A DNA stretch of 64,000 bases, from the NCBI GenBank assembly GCA_964016885.1, contig OZ024743.1:55180001-55244000 (forward strand), read 5' to 3'. Below the pieces are notes generated by a model that saw only the letters and a program-made list of their open reading frames with translations, had not been told where the DNA came from and ran no database searches. The stretch comes from Eledone cirrhosa. Its lineage: Eukaryota. The translations under genes were made by a program, and so were the position numbers. Shown here in pieces: positions 41,070 to 57,083 of the stretch. Positions within the stretch are counted from its first letter, which is position 1. Every line of letters starts with the position of its first letter.

Positions 41070-41248
41070 CTGTAAATATATATACACTGGATCGTCAAGT
41101 ATGAAATTTGTAGTGAGGCATTAACAAACTTTCTTTTTTCTACAAATTTCATACTTGACGACTCAATATATATATATACCCCTTTTACCTAACTCGTCCC
41201 TTGGACTGAGTGCTCTACCTCTACGGATATTACCTTCCAGTGTTCCAC

Positions 41249-41287
<39 letters not shown>

Positions 41288-42009
41288 CAGAAACTGGTTT
41301 CTCGTTCTCACATAGCTGGTTGCATAAATGTATTTGTGAGTTTTCTATCGAATAATAATAATATTCGATGTATTTTGTGTCTATTTGTTCTCTTCACACA
41401 TATAAGTAGGCAGTTCTCCAGCAACATAGGTTTATGCTACACGGAGAACGAAGCAAATGCATTTAATTAGAATAAAGTTTTTATTATCGTTTATTTATTC
41501 GTTTAATCAATTTAAATGCCAAGTAAGCCATGACAAACAGAGAGGTATCTAATACCCCTTATAATTAAGAAACCAAAATAAGGGAGTCGGAAAGAACGAA
41601 AAAAGATAAGAAAGTGAAGGAAATAAAAGGAACCACAAGAAAAAGATTTTAAAATAAATAATATAATACAGCCTAAATATTTCTGAAGCTGAAGCTTTTC
41701 GTAGCCACCATGTATTTGGAGATCTCATGGATAAACAAAAGTAACACAAACTGCCGCCATGACACTATACCACCATGATAGATGTGAATCATGAAAGGAG
41801 AGGTCAGTGGAGATATATACTCAAATGGTCATTCATCATAGATAATTACTATGTACCCGACCCTCCATCTCCAGAAAACATCATTCCAATACTGTTTCAC
41901 TGTTTTGCATATTATTTCTCCTTTCTATTCCATTCTGTTGTACTGTTCTGCTTTTTTTTTTTAGCATTCTTTCTGAAGGAGTACATACCTCCTCTTTGAA
42001 GGACCGAGA

Positions 42010-42195
42010 GGGTATTGGCAGTATCGGTAGAGGGTCGGACGCCATGCTTTCCAGCATAGTTACGTCCCTTTACGATCTGAGTTCAAATCCCACCGAGGTT
42101 GACTTTGCCTTTCATCCTTACGGGGTCGATAAAATAAAGTACCAGTAATGCAATGGTATATTGCTGGCCTTGTGCCAAAAATAGAAACAATTATT
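42010..42195 (+). mobile_element. Nin/Deu-domain tRNA SINE (complete)
   Basis: TTGGCAGTATCGG A-box, GAGTTCAAATCC B-box and GCCTTTCATCCTTACGGGGTCGATAAAATAAAGTACCAG. Confidence 0.88.
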
Positions 42196-42270
42196 ATCAT
42201 CATCATCATTGCTTTTCTAACCATCACCACTACAATTTCATCATTAACATATAACATATATATGAAGTCT

Positions 42271-42417
<147 letters not shown>

Positions 42418-43600
42418 CAAACACACGCACATATATATAACAACGAAGATCGCTGGTTTAAATACAACCCAGGTATATATACATATATATATATACACAT
42501 GTATATACACCCATATATATATATATATACATTTATATACATATACATACATACTTATACATCAGTACATGGGTTGTTTTTATTGTTCTTTACTACATAT
42601 TTCTCTGCATCTCCCTCATCTCTACCCTACGTAACACCACCACTACCCCCTCACTCCACCACCAGTACGACCACGACCCCCACCCAGTTGTTTATTTCTC
42701 TTTTACTTATTGTTGTTTTCTGGGGGTTTTATTTCCCCCTCCCCTATTCCATAGTATATTTTTCTTCTATTCGCCATCTTACATCTACTTCCCTTACATC
42801 TTAACTCCCACTACACCTCCAATTAAATTGATGAAGCTGTCTAATTTGCCTCCTTTCTCTCGTCTATACTCTACCCCCCCCCCCCCCCCCCGGTCACAAA
42901 CCCTCGTTACCGCCGTCACCACCACCAACAGTTGTTTTCATCTATTTTCTGTCTATTTATTTCGTGTCAGACCTCTTCCCTCCCAGCACCAGCAGCACCA
43001 CCACCACCACCACCAGCAGCACCACCACTACTACCACCACCACCACCACCACCACCACCATCACCAGTACCAGCACCAGCACCACCAGCACCATCACCAC
43101 TATCAGGAACAGCAATTGTTTTCTTCTATTTACTGTCCATTTATTTCATGTCCTTCTCCCCCCCCCCCTACATACACATACACACCCACCGTTGCCGCCA
43201 CCGAAAGGAGACGGTGGTGGTGCAACATGTCGGCCTATTATGATGGATGATGACCTGGTGTGGCTTAACAGTGTCTACTGATAGTGGTGCTAATGATCAG
43301 AGCCTGTCTAAAATGTTATTGACTTCCTTGCTATTTACTCAGATAAGAATCTGCTGATAACAGTTAGGAGGATATAAAGAAGGCAATAGGTTGATCCCCT
43401 CCTACTCCTCCTCTTCAGACACAATCACTAACTCTAGACTACCTATACTATTCTGACCAATGGAAATAAACAAGAATAACAAATAAAAAATATTTCTATT
43501 TACAACAAATGAAAGCCATAATAACTTACCCATCTGGATGTAGATATACGCACAGACACACACACACATATGCATACATACTTACACACACACGCACGCG

Positions 43601-43660
<60 letters not shown>

Positions 43661-43767
43661 CACACACGCACGCATGTGTATATATATATTTTTTTCCTGT
43701 TATTTTAATGTTTGTCCACTACTCCCCTCTCACACCATCTGGGAACTCCTCTCCTTCCCACAAATCT

Positions 43768-43797
43768 CCTGATGAAGGGCTTATGCCCGAAACGTCG
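43768..43797 (+). ncRNA. Minimal hammerhead motif, family D
   Basis: C-CTGATGA-a-GGGC-ttat-GCCC-GAAA-CG-TC-G. Confidence 0.6.
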
Positions 43798-43833
43798 TCC
43801 CCCACCCCCACTCTCAAGTGTGAACCTACTACC

Positions 43834-43866
<33 letters not shown>

Positions 43867-43998
43867 GTGAGGTTTTTTTTTACAAAATGAAAAATAACCG
43901 AGGTGTCCTACACGAGTGAAAGTATAAAGAAAAAGAGATGAAATCGAAAATGCAACTGAAGTCTTATTTTTAAAAAAAATATATATATTTATTTGGTT

Positions 43999-44036
43999 CC
44001 TTTACCGGTTTCGCAGTTCTTCTGCTTTTCAAAAGG
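43999..44036 (-). ncRNA. Type I hammerhead with U3-A8 core variant
   Basis: CCTT-TTGAAAA-GCAG-aagaa-CTGC-GAAA-CCGG-TA-AAGG: stems I and II are perfect and stem III is palindromic (ACCGGT). Confidence 0.75.
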
Positions 44037-44512
44037 TGAGTTGAGATGGGGGGGGTCTGTGGTTTTTTATATATATATATATATATATGTAGTATATAGG
44101 TGTATAGGTGCAAGAAAATTGTGTCCATAGGCGGTATGCATATGACCACTCGATGCTCGCAGAACAAAGTATAATACCATAAGAATAAAAGAGAACAAAG
44201 ATTCAATGTTGCCTCATAACGTATTTAATAACATATTACATATGTTTCACTGTCGATCAGCTCGAGGAACGATCTATCATTGATCGAACCTGACTCTGGA
44301 ATCGAAAGATGTTCAGATATGCCTCGGTATGTAATCTCGTGTCCTATTCTGTGTGCGAATTTCTCCAGTCGGTTGATAGATTCAGCACATTCTAAGAACG
44401 TAGTATTTTGTGTACGCTCATTGGTTCATTATTTCATCATCATCAGTCTATACCTTAAAATATGTTATCAAATATGTTATGATGGAACACTGACACTTTA
44501 TTCTTATAGTAT

Positions 44513-44617
<105 letters not shown>

Positions 44618-44912
44618 TTATTTATATTTATATTTAGTTTTTGAATTTGTTTTGCAAGATTTCTTATCTGAAAAAGTGTGTTGAAACATATATTGTTATA
44701 CTTTGGGAGAGTCATGCTGCCAATAAATAGTAAAAACCTAGTGACTGGGGAGGTCACAGGATGTGTGCCGAAAGAGCTTTGACAGTATATAAACAACCAT
44801 ACGGTTATTCAACCAACTAGCCAGCCAACCAGAAATTTATAATAAATTGAAGTGAAATCGAACAGGTGCCTGTGTTTTTATTGGGAGCATGACCCCCCCC
44901 CCCCCCAAGTAT

Positions 44913-44968
<56 letters not shown>

Positions 44969-45689
44969 GGTCTGCCTTTCGTGGTAGGGTTTATACCGTA
45001 GTTAGAACTCAATCCAATCCGTTAGCATGTAGTTCAGTGAAATCTAGAGATCGGTTCTGTATTTCGCAGTCAGTCTTTCAGATACAGAATCTGATATATT
45101 ACGTATTATTTTATTTAACAGTGATAACAAAGGCAAGTTATTCTGCATATCTCATTCATTGTTTATGATCGTTTCGGAGGGTTGATCATATCGATATATT
45201 GACTGATCTATAGCAGTTAGAGAACGGTATACTATCACACATAATATATGGGTTCGATCGTACCGTCTTCTATAACATGTAATAAAATATGTGATATATA
45301 TATATATATATACTTGTCACACGAGCTCATTTTGATTACCAATTGTAAGGAGTACTCGATATTTCCCCTAGTCTGTCTTGGCTTACTAGCTCTATACGGA
45401 CGTTTAAATTGAATAAATGAATATATGTGTTTGTGTGCGTGTGTGTGTGTCTATGTCTGTGAACTTTTGGTTTGTATCTACAGTTACAGGCCGCGCGCCA
45501 TTCGGAGAACTCAATGCCGTTACGAGGTCCGTCTCGAGTTGGGTCGAAAGAAAGTCGGGGCCCATCATTATGATTGTACTCTGAACTGATCGAATCGAAA
45601 CTATTGTAAATTGCCAATAAAGTTTGTACATTTGCTGCAACACTGACATCGATTCTACTTTCTCTCTCTTTCATTCTCTCTCTCTCTTC

Positions 45690-45727
<38 letters not shown>

Positions 45728-45909
45728 AGTGTGTATGTGTATGTGCGCGTGTGTGTATAATATAGAACAGATTAAAGTTTAATCAAAGAATTTCTGCTTT
45801 CTCCCTAAAAATGTTCTTCTTTTAGAGTGAGAGCAGAAATCCTTTGCTTAAATTTTAATCTGTACTAATAAATGTATATATATATATATACAAAGTGTTA
45901 AAACGATCA

Positions 45910-46056
<147 letters not shown>

Positions 46057-46145
46057 TGTAAAATTCCAACTCTGCTTTAAATTCAGCCAGTAGAGGGTTG
46101 GTCGGTGGGGTTGATGTGGATTTGAATCCATAAGTCTCTCACTAT

Positions 46146-46263
<118 letters not shown>

Positions 46264-46399
46264 CAGAAGGGATATTGAATTTTTTGGTAATTCAACGAAT
46301 ATAAATGTTTATAACTGATTCAGAGCACTCGACAAGTTTTCTGGAGTATAATATTCAATGATATTAAATAAATGGAAACTATATTTATAAAACCATATT

Positions 46400-46460
46400 T
46401 ATTCTATTATATATATTTCAAGGGTACCAAAACTTTGGTACGCTTTCATCAGATAAAATA
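46400..46460 (-). ncRNA. Type I hammerhead ribozyme, family A
   Basis: TATTTTAT-CTGATGA-aag-c-gtaccaaa-gt-tttggtac-c-ctt-GAAA-TATATA-TA-ATAGAATA. Confidence 0.82.
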
Positions 46461-46814
46461 CGAAGTGTGTTTTATACATTTTGACATAACCAAGAAAAAT
46501 ACATTAACGGTTCAAGTTTTCCTTGGATAGTGAAGGGATAAGAGAAGAAAAGTCAGATATTTCAAATTATTAAAATGAGTATGCAAATGAGGTTGAGGTA
46601 AAAGTCTGAAAAAACGTTATTTTAGACGCTATGGAGAATTTCAATAATTATGATATGTGTATGTATGCGTAGGAAAGAAGAAGAAAGAAAGGCTTGCATT
46701 TATGTTAACTTTTTGGGGGGGGAGGGGTATGATTCCAGAGTTTAAATTTAAGTTTATTTACCTATATTATGAGTTATAATATTGTATATATAATCAATTA
46801 GATTATATGAAGAA

Positions 46815-47827
46815 GTATCCTTCCATAAAATTAACGAAAATCTAAATTATGTAAGTTTCAATTCTAATCGGCCAAGAACACTATTGTCAATAGCGTCCAA
46901 CAAGGAATTTCATGCATCTCTGCTAATAAAAATATTTTTGATGATAAAGCTGAATATTATAATGAAGCTTTACATAGAGCAGGATACTCGAATAAAATTA
47001 AATACATAGATAACTATTGCATGACAAATCATTCTAGAAATAATTATAATAATAATAAACAATTTAACTTAAACACTAAACCAAACAAACAAACTAGAAC
47101 TAGAAATATTATTTGGTACTCTCCTCCATTCTCATTAAGCGTTAAAACACCTTTAGAAAAGCTATTCTTTAAAGCACTAGGTAAATGTTTTCCTAAAGCC
47201 CACAAATACCACTCTATTTTTAACAGACACACTATAAAACTATCCTACTCAACTACTATGAACATAGCACAAAATATAAATAGAATTAATAATAGAAACT
47301 TAAATTTAATCCCTAACCAAACTAACCAAAATAGCAATAATAATATTTCTAACAACAATATTCAGAATAATAGTAACGTTCCGAACAACAACTCCAGAAA
47401 ATGTAACTGTAGGATCAAATCAAACTGCCCTTTACAAAATAATTGTTTAGACAAAAACGTAGTTTATAAATTCACAGTTAAAACTAGAGACAAATTATTT
47501 ATCTATATTGGTGCCACTTCAACAAAATTCAAAGAACGCTGGAATAACCATAAAAACATTAAGAGATCCGATAAAAAATCTTCTACTTCACTTTCACATT
47601 TAATTTGGAACTTAAAAGACAACAATATAGACTATTCAATATCTCGGAGAACAATTTCGAAAGCGCCTGCATACCGAAATATGGCTTTCTCAAGATTCTG
47701 TAACTTGTGTATCGAAAACATTTTTTATATAATTAACTGTCAAAACTCTATTAATCTTAGAACAGAATTATTTTCTTCTTGCAGACATCGCCAAAATTCC
47801 ACGTTCAGAACTATGTTTAATTTATAA
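46815..47827 (+). pseudogene. PLE RT thumb, CxCx5CP linker and GIY-YIG endonuclease (5'-truncated)
   Basis: RNIIWYSPPFS..VKT, HKYHSIFNRHTIKLSYSTTMN, KCNCRIKSNCPLQNNC, NVVYKF..YIGAT..FKERWNNH and CNLCIE..NLRTELFSSCRH. Confidence 0.88.
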
Positions 47828-49165
47828 TATTTCTATACACCTTCAAAATGATCCTATCTTCTTCAAAAATTTAAATGTAAATTTTTTTTTAAATTTTAAT
47901 ATTTTTAATATTTTTAATATTTTTAATATTTTTAATATTTTTAATACTTCTATTTTTTTTAAATATTTCTAATATTTTTACCTTTTGACATTAATCTTTT
48001 TAATATATATATTTTTTAATATTTTTAATTCTGACATTATTTTCCTAATGACACCCCTCTAAATATAATTTTTTTTAGATGTAGATTGATAATCGTTAAT
48101 TGACATTCTGAAAATTTATCCTCTTTACGATAGTTCTTCAAAATGCACATTACGTTTTACCTCTCTTTTTGATATTTAAACTTTCACACATCTTTCGACT
48201 AAAATAATTAATCTCCCACAAAATAATATATAATTTTCTCTATATATTTTCTGAGTTAATCACTCATCAAATTTAACGGTTAACAAACAAAATTGGAGTT
48301 ATCTTTCCTTTCTCAATCGTGCAAACATAAACATATTATGTACGATAATCTATATAACTTCGCTAAATTAACAATATTCTGAAAACATTTTCAATGTTGA
48401 ACAAAATATTCGAATCTTCAAATTGTTCTCCTCTCACAACTTGAACCACCTATTTGTTATGTAAAATACAAAATCAACGTCCTTCGTAACTCATATTAGA
48501 AATATAAACAACTAATAATTGTAAATTATTTCTATTTCTATAATACTAATATATGCACAATTATTAATTTATATAGATATTTATAACTAGAAATTGATTG
48601 ACATATATATATATATATCTAAATAAACATGAAACAATCACAGGGAATAATTTATAAAAGTATGTAAGCACACACAGCCAGGTTGGTAACTAATTAAATT
48701 TTAACTAGAACTTCAAAAACAGTGGATATGGCGCATGTCTCTCTGACATGACACCCTTAATTTAATTTTGGATATATACACGGCTCCTTAATTGTAGAGC
48801 TAACTCAGTTGAAAGGACTCGGCTGCTATTTCTAGTTGTCGATAACCCTATTCACGCTACTGGGATGAAGTTTGTACGATGTGTGTATTTTTGAAAAATG
48901 CAACACGTGCTGCTAGTCATTTGCAGATTTGAATTTGATGTGTAAACACAGATAGTTAGATCTTCTCCCTTGTTGAAAATCCGAGATTTGGCTACTGTGG
49001 TTTACCGATCGATTAATGGTGAAATATATTTCTTTAATGAAATATATACAAGGAAGATTATGGTATCTATTTATGAAGTTCTAGTTAAACTTTAATTAGT
49101 TACCTACCTGGCTATGTGTGCTTACACACTTTTACAAATTATTCCTTGTGATCATTTCATATGTT

Positions 49166-49214
<49 letters not shown>

Positions 49215-49911
49215 AATCAATTTCTAGTTGATATAAAATGCTCGGATCTATTCATTGGAATCTTGGAGCATATTCTACGGTGGATATGGCGCATGTCTCT
49301 CTGACATGACACTCTTAATTTGATTTTGGATATATAGATATTATTATCTCCATGCTTTGACGCATAGAGTTACGGCCCTTGCCATTCTGAGTTCAAATCC
49401 AGCCGATGTTAACTTTGCCTTTCATCCTTACGGGGTCGATAAAATAAAGTACCAGTAATGCACTGGGTAATTGCTGGCCTTGTGTCAAACGTAGAAACAA
49501 TTATACATATAACCTATTGTAATGTAATAGGATAAAAATACTTACAACCATAATTCTTCATATAATCTAATTGATTATATATACATATTATAACTCATAA
49601 TATAGGTAAATAAACTTAAATTTAAACTCTGGAATCATATTCCACTTTCCCACCCAAATTAACGTAAATGCAAGCTCTTCTTCCTTCTTCTTCTTTCCTA
49701 CTCATACATACACATATCATAATTATTTTAATTCTCCATAGCGTCTAAAATAACGTTTTTTTTCAGACCTTTACCTCAACCTCATTTGCATGCTCATCTT
49801 AATAATTTGAAATATCTGACTTTTCTTCTCTTATCCCTTCACTATCCAAGGAAAACTTGAACCGTTAATGTATTTTTCTTGGTTATGTCAAAATGTATAA
49901 AACACACTTCG

Positions 49912-49972
49912 TATTTTATCTGATGAAAGCGTACCAAAGTTTTGGTACCCTTGAAATATATATAATAGAATA
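49912..49972 (+). ncRNA. Type I hammerhead ribozyme, family A (sense to the PLE ORF)
   Basis: Mirror copy of 46400-46460. Confidence 0.82.
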
Positions 49973-50194
49973 AATATGGTTTTATAAATATAGTTTCCAT
50001 TTATTTAATTCCATTACTCTTTTACTCTTTTACCTGTTCCAGCCATCCGGCTGAGGCCATGCTGGGGCACCGCCATTGTATATATATATATATATATCAC
50101 AAAGTACAGAGATGGAAATATGTTATCTCAATCCAATTAAACCATAAAGAGATCAATGAACATTAAGGGCTAAATTTTCAGAGCATCATCTACA

Positions 50195-50510
50195 TAGGCC
50201 CTTTCCATTCTGAGTTAAATTCGCGCCGAGGTTAACTTTGCCTTTCATCCTTATGAGGTCGATAAAATAAAGTACCAGTAATGCACTGGATAATTGCTGG
50301 CCTTGTGCCAAAAGTAGAAACAATTATTGAGGTATAATAATTGTTTCTACTTTTGGCACAAGGCCAGCAATTTCATTACTGGTACTTTATTTTATCAACC
50401 TCGTAAGGATGAAAGGCAAAGCTAAACTCGGCGGGATTTGAACTTAGACCGTAAAAGGCCGTAACTCTATGCTGCAAAGCATGGCTTCCGACCGTCTACC
50501 GATACTGCCA
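50195..50510. mobile_element. Tail-to-tail inverted pair of Nin/Deu SINEs
   Basis: Plus-strand copy 50195-50328 and minus-strand copy 50336-50510, separated by about 7 nt. Confidence 0.85.
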
Positions 50511-50650
50511 CCTGTTCTAAATTAGTTAGAGCATTATTCAACTCTGTACTCGATATTTCGGATAGTAGAGTGTGACTATATTAGAGAGAGTCGATCCTTT
50601 CTAATATATATACACATATATACACGAGACGAAAAGCTGAGTCGGTAGTG

Positions 50651-52454
<1,804 letters not shown>

Positions 52455-52471
52455 ATATAGCAGGAAGAGGC

Positions 52472-52524
52472 TCTTAGCGTTTCGGAGGCTAACGGTTTCT
52501 AACGTTAAATCCTTCATCAGAAGA
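52472..52524 (-). ncRNA. Hammerhead motif, family D relative, cleavage triplet mutated (GCU)
   Basis: TCTT-CTGATGA-a-GGA..taacg..cgtta..TCC-GAAA-CG-CT-AAGA; flanks are homologous to 60854-60905. Confidence 0.6.
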
Positions 52525-52887
52525 TAGAATGAGAGATAAAAGAAGAAATAGAAAGACGAACGAGAGTAAGAATAGGAAGAAACGGAAAGATTTTTTTTGA
52601 GAGAGAGAGAGTAACTGTGTTATTACTTAACCAGACGCTATCTCACATATAAGAGAGATTTTGAAAGGGAGATAATACTTGTGTATTTTGAGTTGACACG
52701 TAAGTGCGTGTGTGTGAGTGTATGTGTGTACACATACACAGTAACACATGCCAAATACACACACAGCGTTATTCACTTGCATGTGTAGAATCCAAGATGT
52801 AATCAAATTTTCAGTATTTCTTTTTTTTAATATAGTCTTCATTTCTATGTTACAATTACACCGACGCAAGGAAAATAAACACAAAGC

Positions 52888-53378
<491 letters not shown>

Positions 53379-53898
53379 TATGAAAAGCAAATTTGACTTC
53401 GGCAGGATTTGAACTCAGAAGACAGAGAGCAAGAAGGAATACCGCAAAATAATGTATCCAATGTCCTAAAGACTCAGCCAAATCGCGGTCAATAATCAAA
53501 GGTATTAGACGTTCCCATAAGTATTCGGTACGTCAACTCGTCGTATATATTGTTTTGTCCAACGGCCAACGAGTGTATTGAACCAACCTAGTGCCGATAA
53601 TTTCATTGATATGTTAGCGTCCTCAGTATAAAACATTAGTTCACTGCAGGGAATATGTTGAGATCTGTGCGGGATACCATTTGTCAGACGCCTCTTCGGT
53701 TCTTTGGCTGTCAGTCACAACTGTTTACTGTTTGTCCTGACTTGACACTTTCGCTGGTGGTGGTGGTGGGTCTTGCAGCAGCAAATGCGTCTGTAATGTT
53801 AGATGAAATCATATATTTAATGAAAGGTTCCGCCATGGATGTACAATTCTCCCCATTCTTTCTCTTTCTCTACGCACACACACACACGTGCGTATGTA

Positions 53899-53950
<52 letters not shown>

Positions 53951-54216
53951 AGTGTGTGTGGGTGTGTGAGTGTGTGTGGGGGGGGGGGGGGGTTACTCAA
54001 TATTTGCGCATATACACATACGTCCTCACTTCCGTATACAAATACAAAATCACAGGCATACACATACCCATTGTTTCGTATACAAATATGTGTTTGGGTA
54101 TGTGTGTGCATAGATGACTTAAAAAATACAAAGTAATACGCCTAACAAACAGCTTAAATTCTTCAAGCTTACCACCTCTATCTGCCTCTATTCATAATGT
54201 GCGTGCATATATATAT

Positions 54217-54249
<33 letters not shown>

Positions 54250-54405
54250 GGAAAAGAGTCAGAACCCCGACGGCTGAGCTCCGGACGTTTCGACCGCTAG
54301 GCCAGCCGTCGGGGTCCTGAATCTTTTCTACTACACTAAGTATCACTAAGTATCTAGTACTCGGGTGTGTTATGGTCGACCTGGTATCTTACCACATATT
54401 CTTTG

Positions 54406-54444
<39 letters not shown>

Positions 54445-54448
54445 TATA

Positions 54449-54500
<52 letters not shown>

Positions 54501-54516
54501 TATATATATATATTAT

Positions 54517-55180
54517 CTCCTTATAATATATAACCAGCAATTTCTCTGTCTGTCTGTCCGACAGTGGAAACACGTGCGCGCGTGCGAATGTTTTTTGCGC
54601 ACGCGTAGAGAGAGAGAGAGAGAGTGAGAATGAAAGAAAGAGACAGACTACGAGAGGGGGATAGCGGGAGGGAGAGAGAGAGAGAGAGTGAATAGACGCT
54701 AAAACACGTGCGCGCGTGTGAATGTTTTTTGCGCACGCGTAGAGAGAGAGTGAGAGTGAAAGAAAGAGACAGACTACAAGAGGGGATAGCGGGAGGGAGA
54801 GAGGGGGAATTGAGGAGTGCTACAGAAACATATATACATTTCTGTGTGTGTGTAATATATATATATATATACACACAGAAATATATATACATTTCTGTGT
54901 GTGTAATATATATATATATATACACACAGAAATATATATACATTTCTGTGTGTGTAATATATATATATATACACACAGAAATATATATACATTTCTGTGT
55001 GTGTAATATATATATATATATACACACACAGAAATATATATACATTTCTGTGTGTGTAATATATATATAGACTAGCAGAAAACCGCACACGGGTGGTTTT
55101 CTGCTAGTCTCCTTATAATATATAACCAGCAATTTCTCTGTCTGTCTGTCCGACAGTGCAAACACGTGCGCGCGTGATTG
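54517..55180 (+). mobile_element. Tandem non-autonomous Helitron-like units
   Basis: TCTCCTTATAATATATAACCAGC.. start at 54517 is repeated at 55108, directly after ..TTTTCTGCTAG (CTAG|TC junction). Confidence 0.7.
54822..55068. repeat. Palindromic-unit minisatellite (about 50 nt)
   Basis: ACACACAGAAAT-ATATATAC-ATTTCTGTGTGT-GTAAT(AT)n repeated about 5 times; second array at 55700-56042. Confidence 0.9.
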
Positions 55181-55389
55181 CTATCTCTCTCTCTCTCTCC
55201 AGCTATCCCTCTCTTTTAGTCTGTCTGTTTCTCTCACTCTCACTCTTTCTCTTTGTAACACACTAACATTTCTCCCCTCTAGCGCTGTGACGAATGGGGA
55301 GATGGAGGAGGAGGAGGAGGAGGAGAGAGTCACTTCACCTTTGTCTTTCTTTCTCTCCTCTCTCACTCCCTCATTACGTACAGACATTA

Positions 55390-55583
55390 GGGCGGTAGAT
55401 TGGCAGAATCTGTAGAGAGTCGGACACCATGCTTCATAGCATGGAGTTACGTCCCTTTACGGTCTGAGTTCAAATACCGCCGAGGTTAACTTTGCCTTTC
55501 ATCCTCACGGGGTCAATAAAATAAAGTACCAGTAATGTTCTGTGTAACTGCTGGCCTTGTGCCAAAAGTAGAAACAATTATTA
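55390..55583 (+). mobile_element. Nin/Deu-domain tRNA SINE (complete)
   Basis: GGGCGGTAGATTGGCAGAATC..GAGTTCAAATACC..GCCTTTCATCC..GTACCAG. Confidence 0.88.
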
Positions 55584-56165
55584 GAAACATTGCTTCATTT
55601 TTACATATCTAAGCATTAGTAAAATAACTAATAATTTCAAAAGTAATTTTTCAATTCCAATTGTTATGAACAGCAAAACGTTAATAATAATTTTGTTCTA
55701 AGAAATATATATACATTTCTGTGTGTGTAATATATATATATATACACACACACAGAAATGTATATATATTTCTGTGTGTATATATATACATTTCTGTGTG
55801 TGTAATATATATATATACACACACAGAAATATAAATACATTTCTGTGTGTGTAATATATATATATATACACACACAGAAATTTATATATATACACACAGA
55901 AATATATATACATTTCTGTGTGTGTAATATATATATATATACACACAGAAATATATATACATTTCTATGTCTGTAATATATATATATATAAATATACACA
56001 CACAGAAATATATATACATTTCTGTGTGTGTAATATATATATAGACTAGAACTGTTTCATTCTTGAGAAATCACCAGGAATATATATATATATTGGTTAG
56101 TTTCAGAAGATCCCGTTAAGGGTAAAAGCAGCGATTCTTTGCTTAAACTTTAATCTTTTATTTTA

Positions 56166-56218
<53 letters not shown>

Positions 56219-56422
56219 AATAATGGAGCTGCGGCGCTGCCAATGGGTTACATATGAAAAAGTTTGTCCTCATCAGTGGCCTTCCAACCGTCGTAGGCAT
56301 TTCGTCGCATTAAAGGCCATATACCTCAGGTTGGTGCGAGCAACGGCTAAAAAAAAGTCGTTGGGACACGTAAATAAAGGGGACGCTAGGGTAAACAAAC
56401 AAAATGGTTTAAGAAGCAGAAA

Positions 56423-56463
<41 letters not shown>

Positions 56464-57039
56464 GTATGTAATATATTAATAATATATATATAATGTATGT
56501 ATATATAATATATAATATATATATATATGTTAGTAAATACGAAGAAATATTTATACTATTCCACACACATATAATATATATGTTATGTCGTCGACCACTG
56601 ATTCCAACAACCAGCGTTCTAGGCCAGCACGTGACACCTGCGTTCCCAGCCATGGCACGGGCGACCTTGGAGTAGTTACCATGGAGATCTAGCCAGACAC
56701 AGCCGAGTTCTTTGAATTTACAGACGACAACTTTAAGACTGGCTTTTGCTGTTTTAACCAACTCACTGGGGCTGAACATATAATATATATATATATATGT
56801 GTATGTGTGTTATATGTGTGTGTATGCGTGTGTGTGTGTGTGTGTTATGTGTGTGTGTGTATGCGTGTGTGTGTGTGTATTATATGTGTGTGTGTTATAT
56901 GCGTGTGTGTATGTGTGTGCGTGTGTGTGGTATATATGTGTGTGTGTGTTATATGTGTGTGTGTATGTGTGAGCGTGTGTGTGTTTTATATATGGGTGTG
57001 TGTTATATGTGTGTGTGTGTGTATATATAATATATATAT

Positions 57040-57083
<44 letters not shown>

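Noticed and set aside
42828-43281. Poly-His/Pro/Thr ORFs
   Set aside because: Low-complexity (CAC/CAG)n tract open in all three frames; no splice or codon evidence.
54822-55068. CRISPR-like array of palindromic repeats
   Set aside because: The spacers are only (TA)n, there are no cas genes, and the context is eukaryotic; it is a minisatellite.
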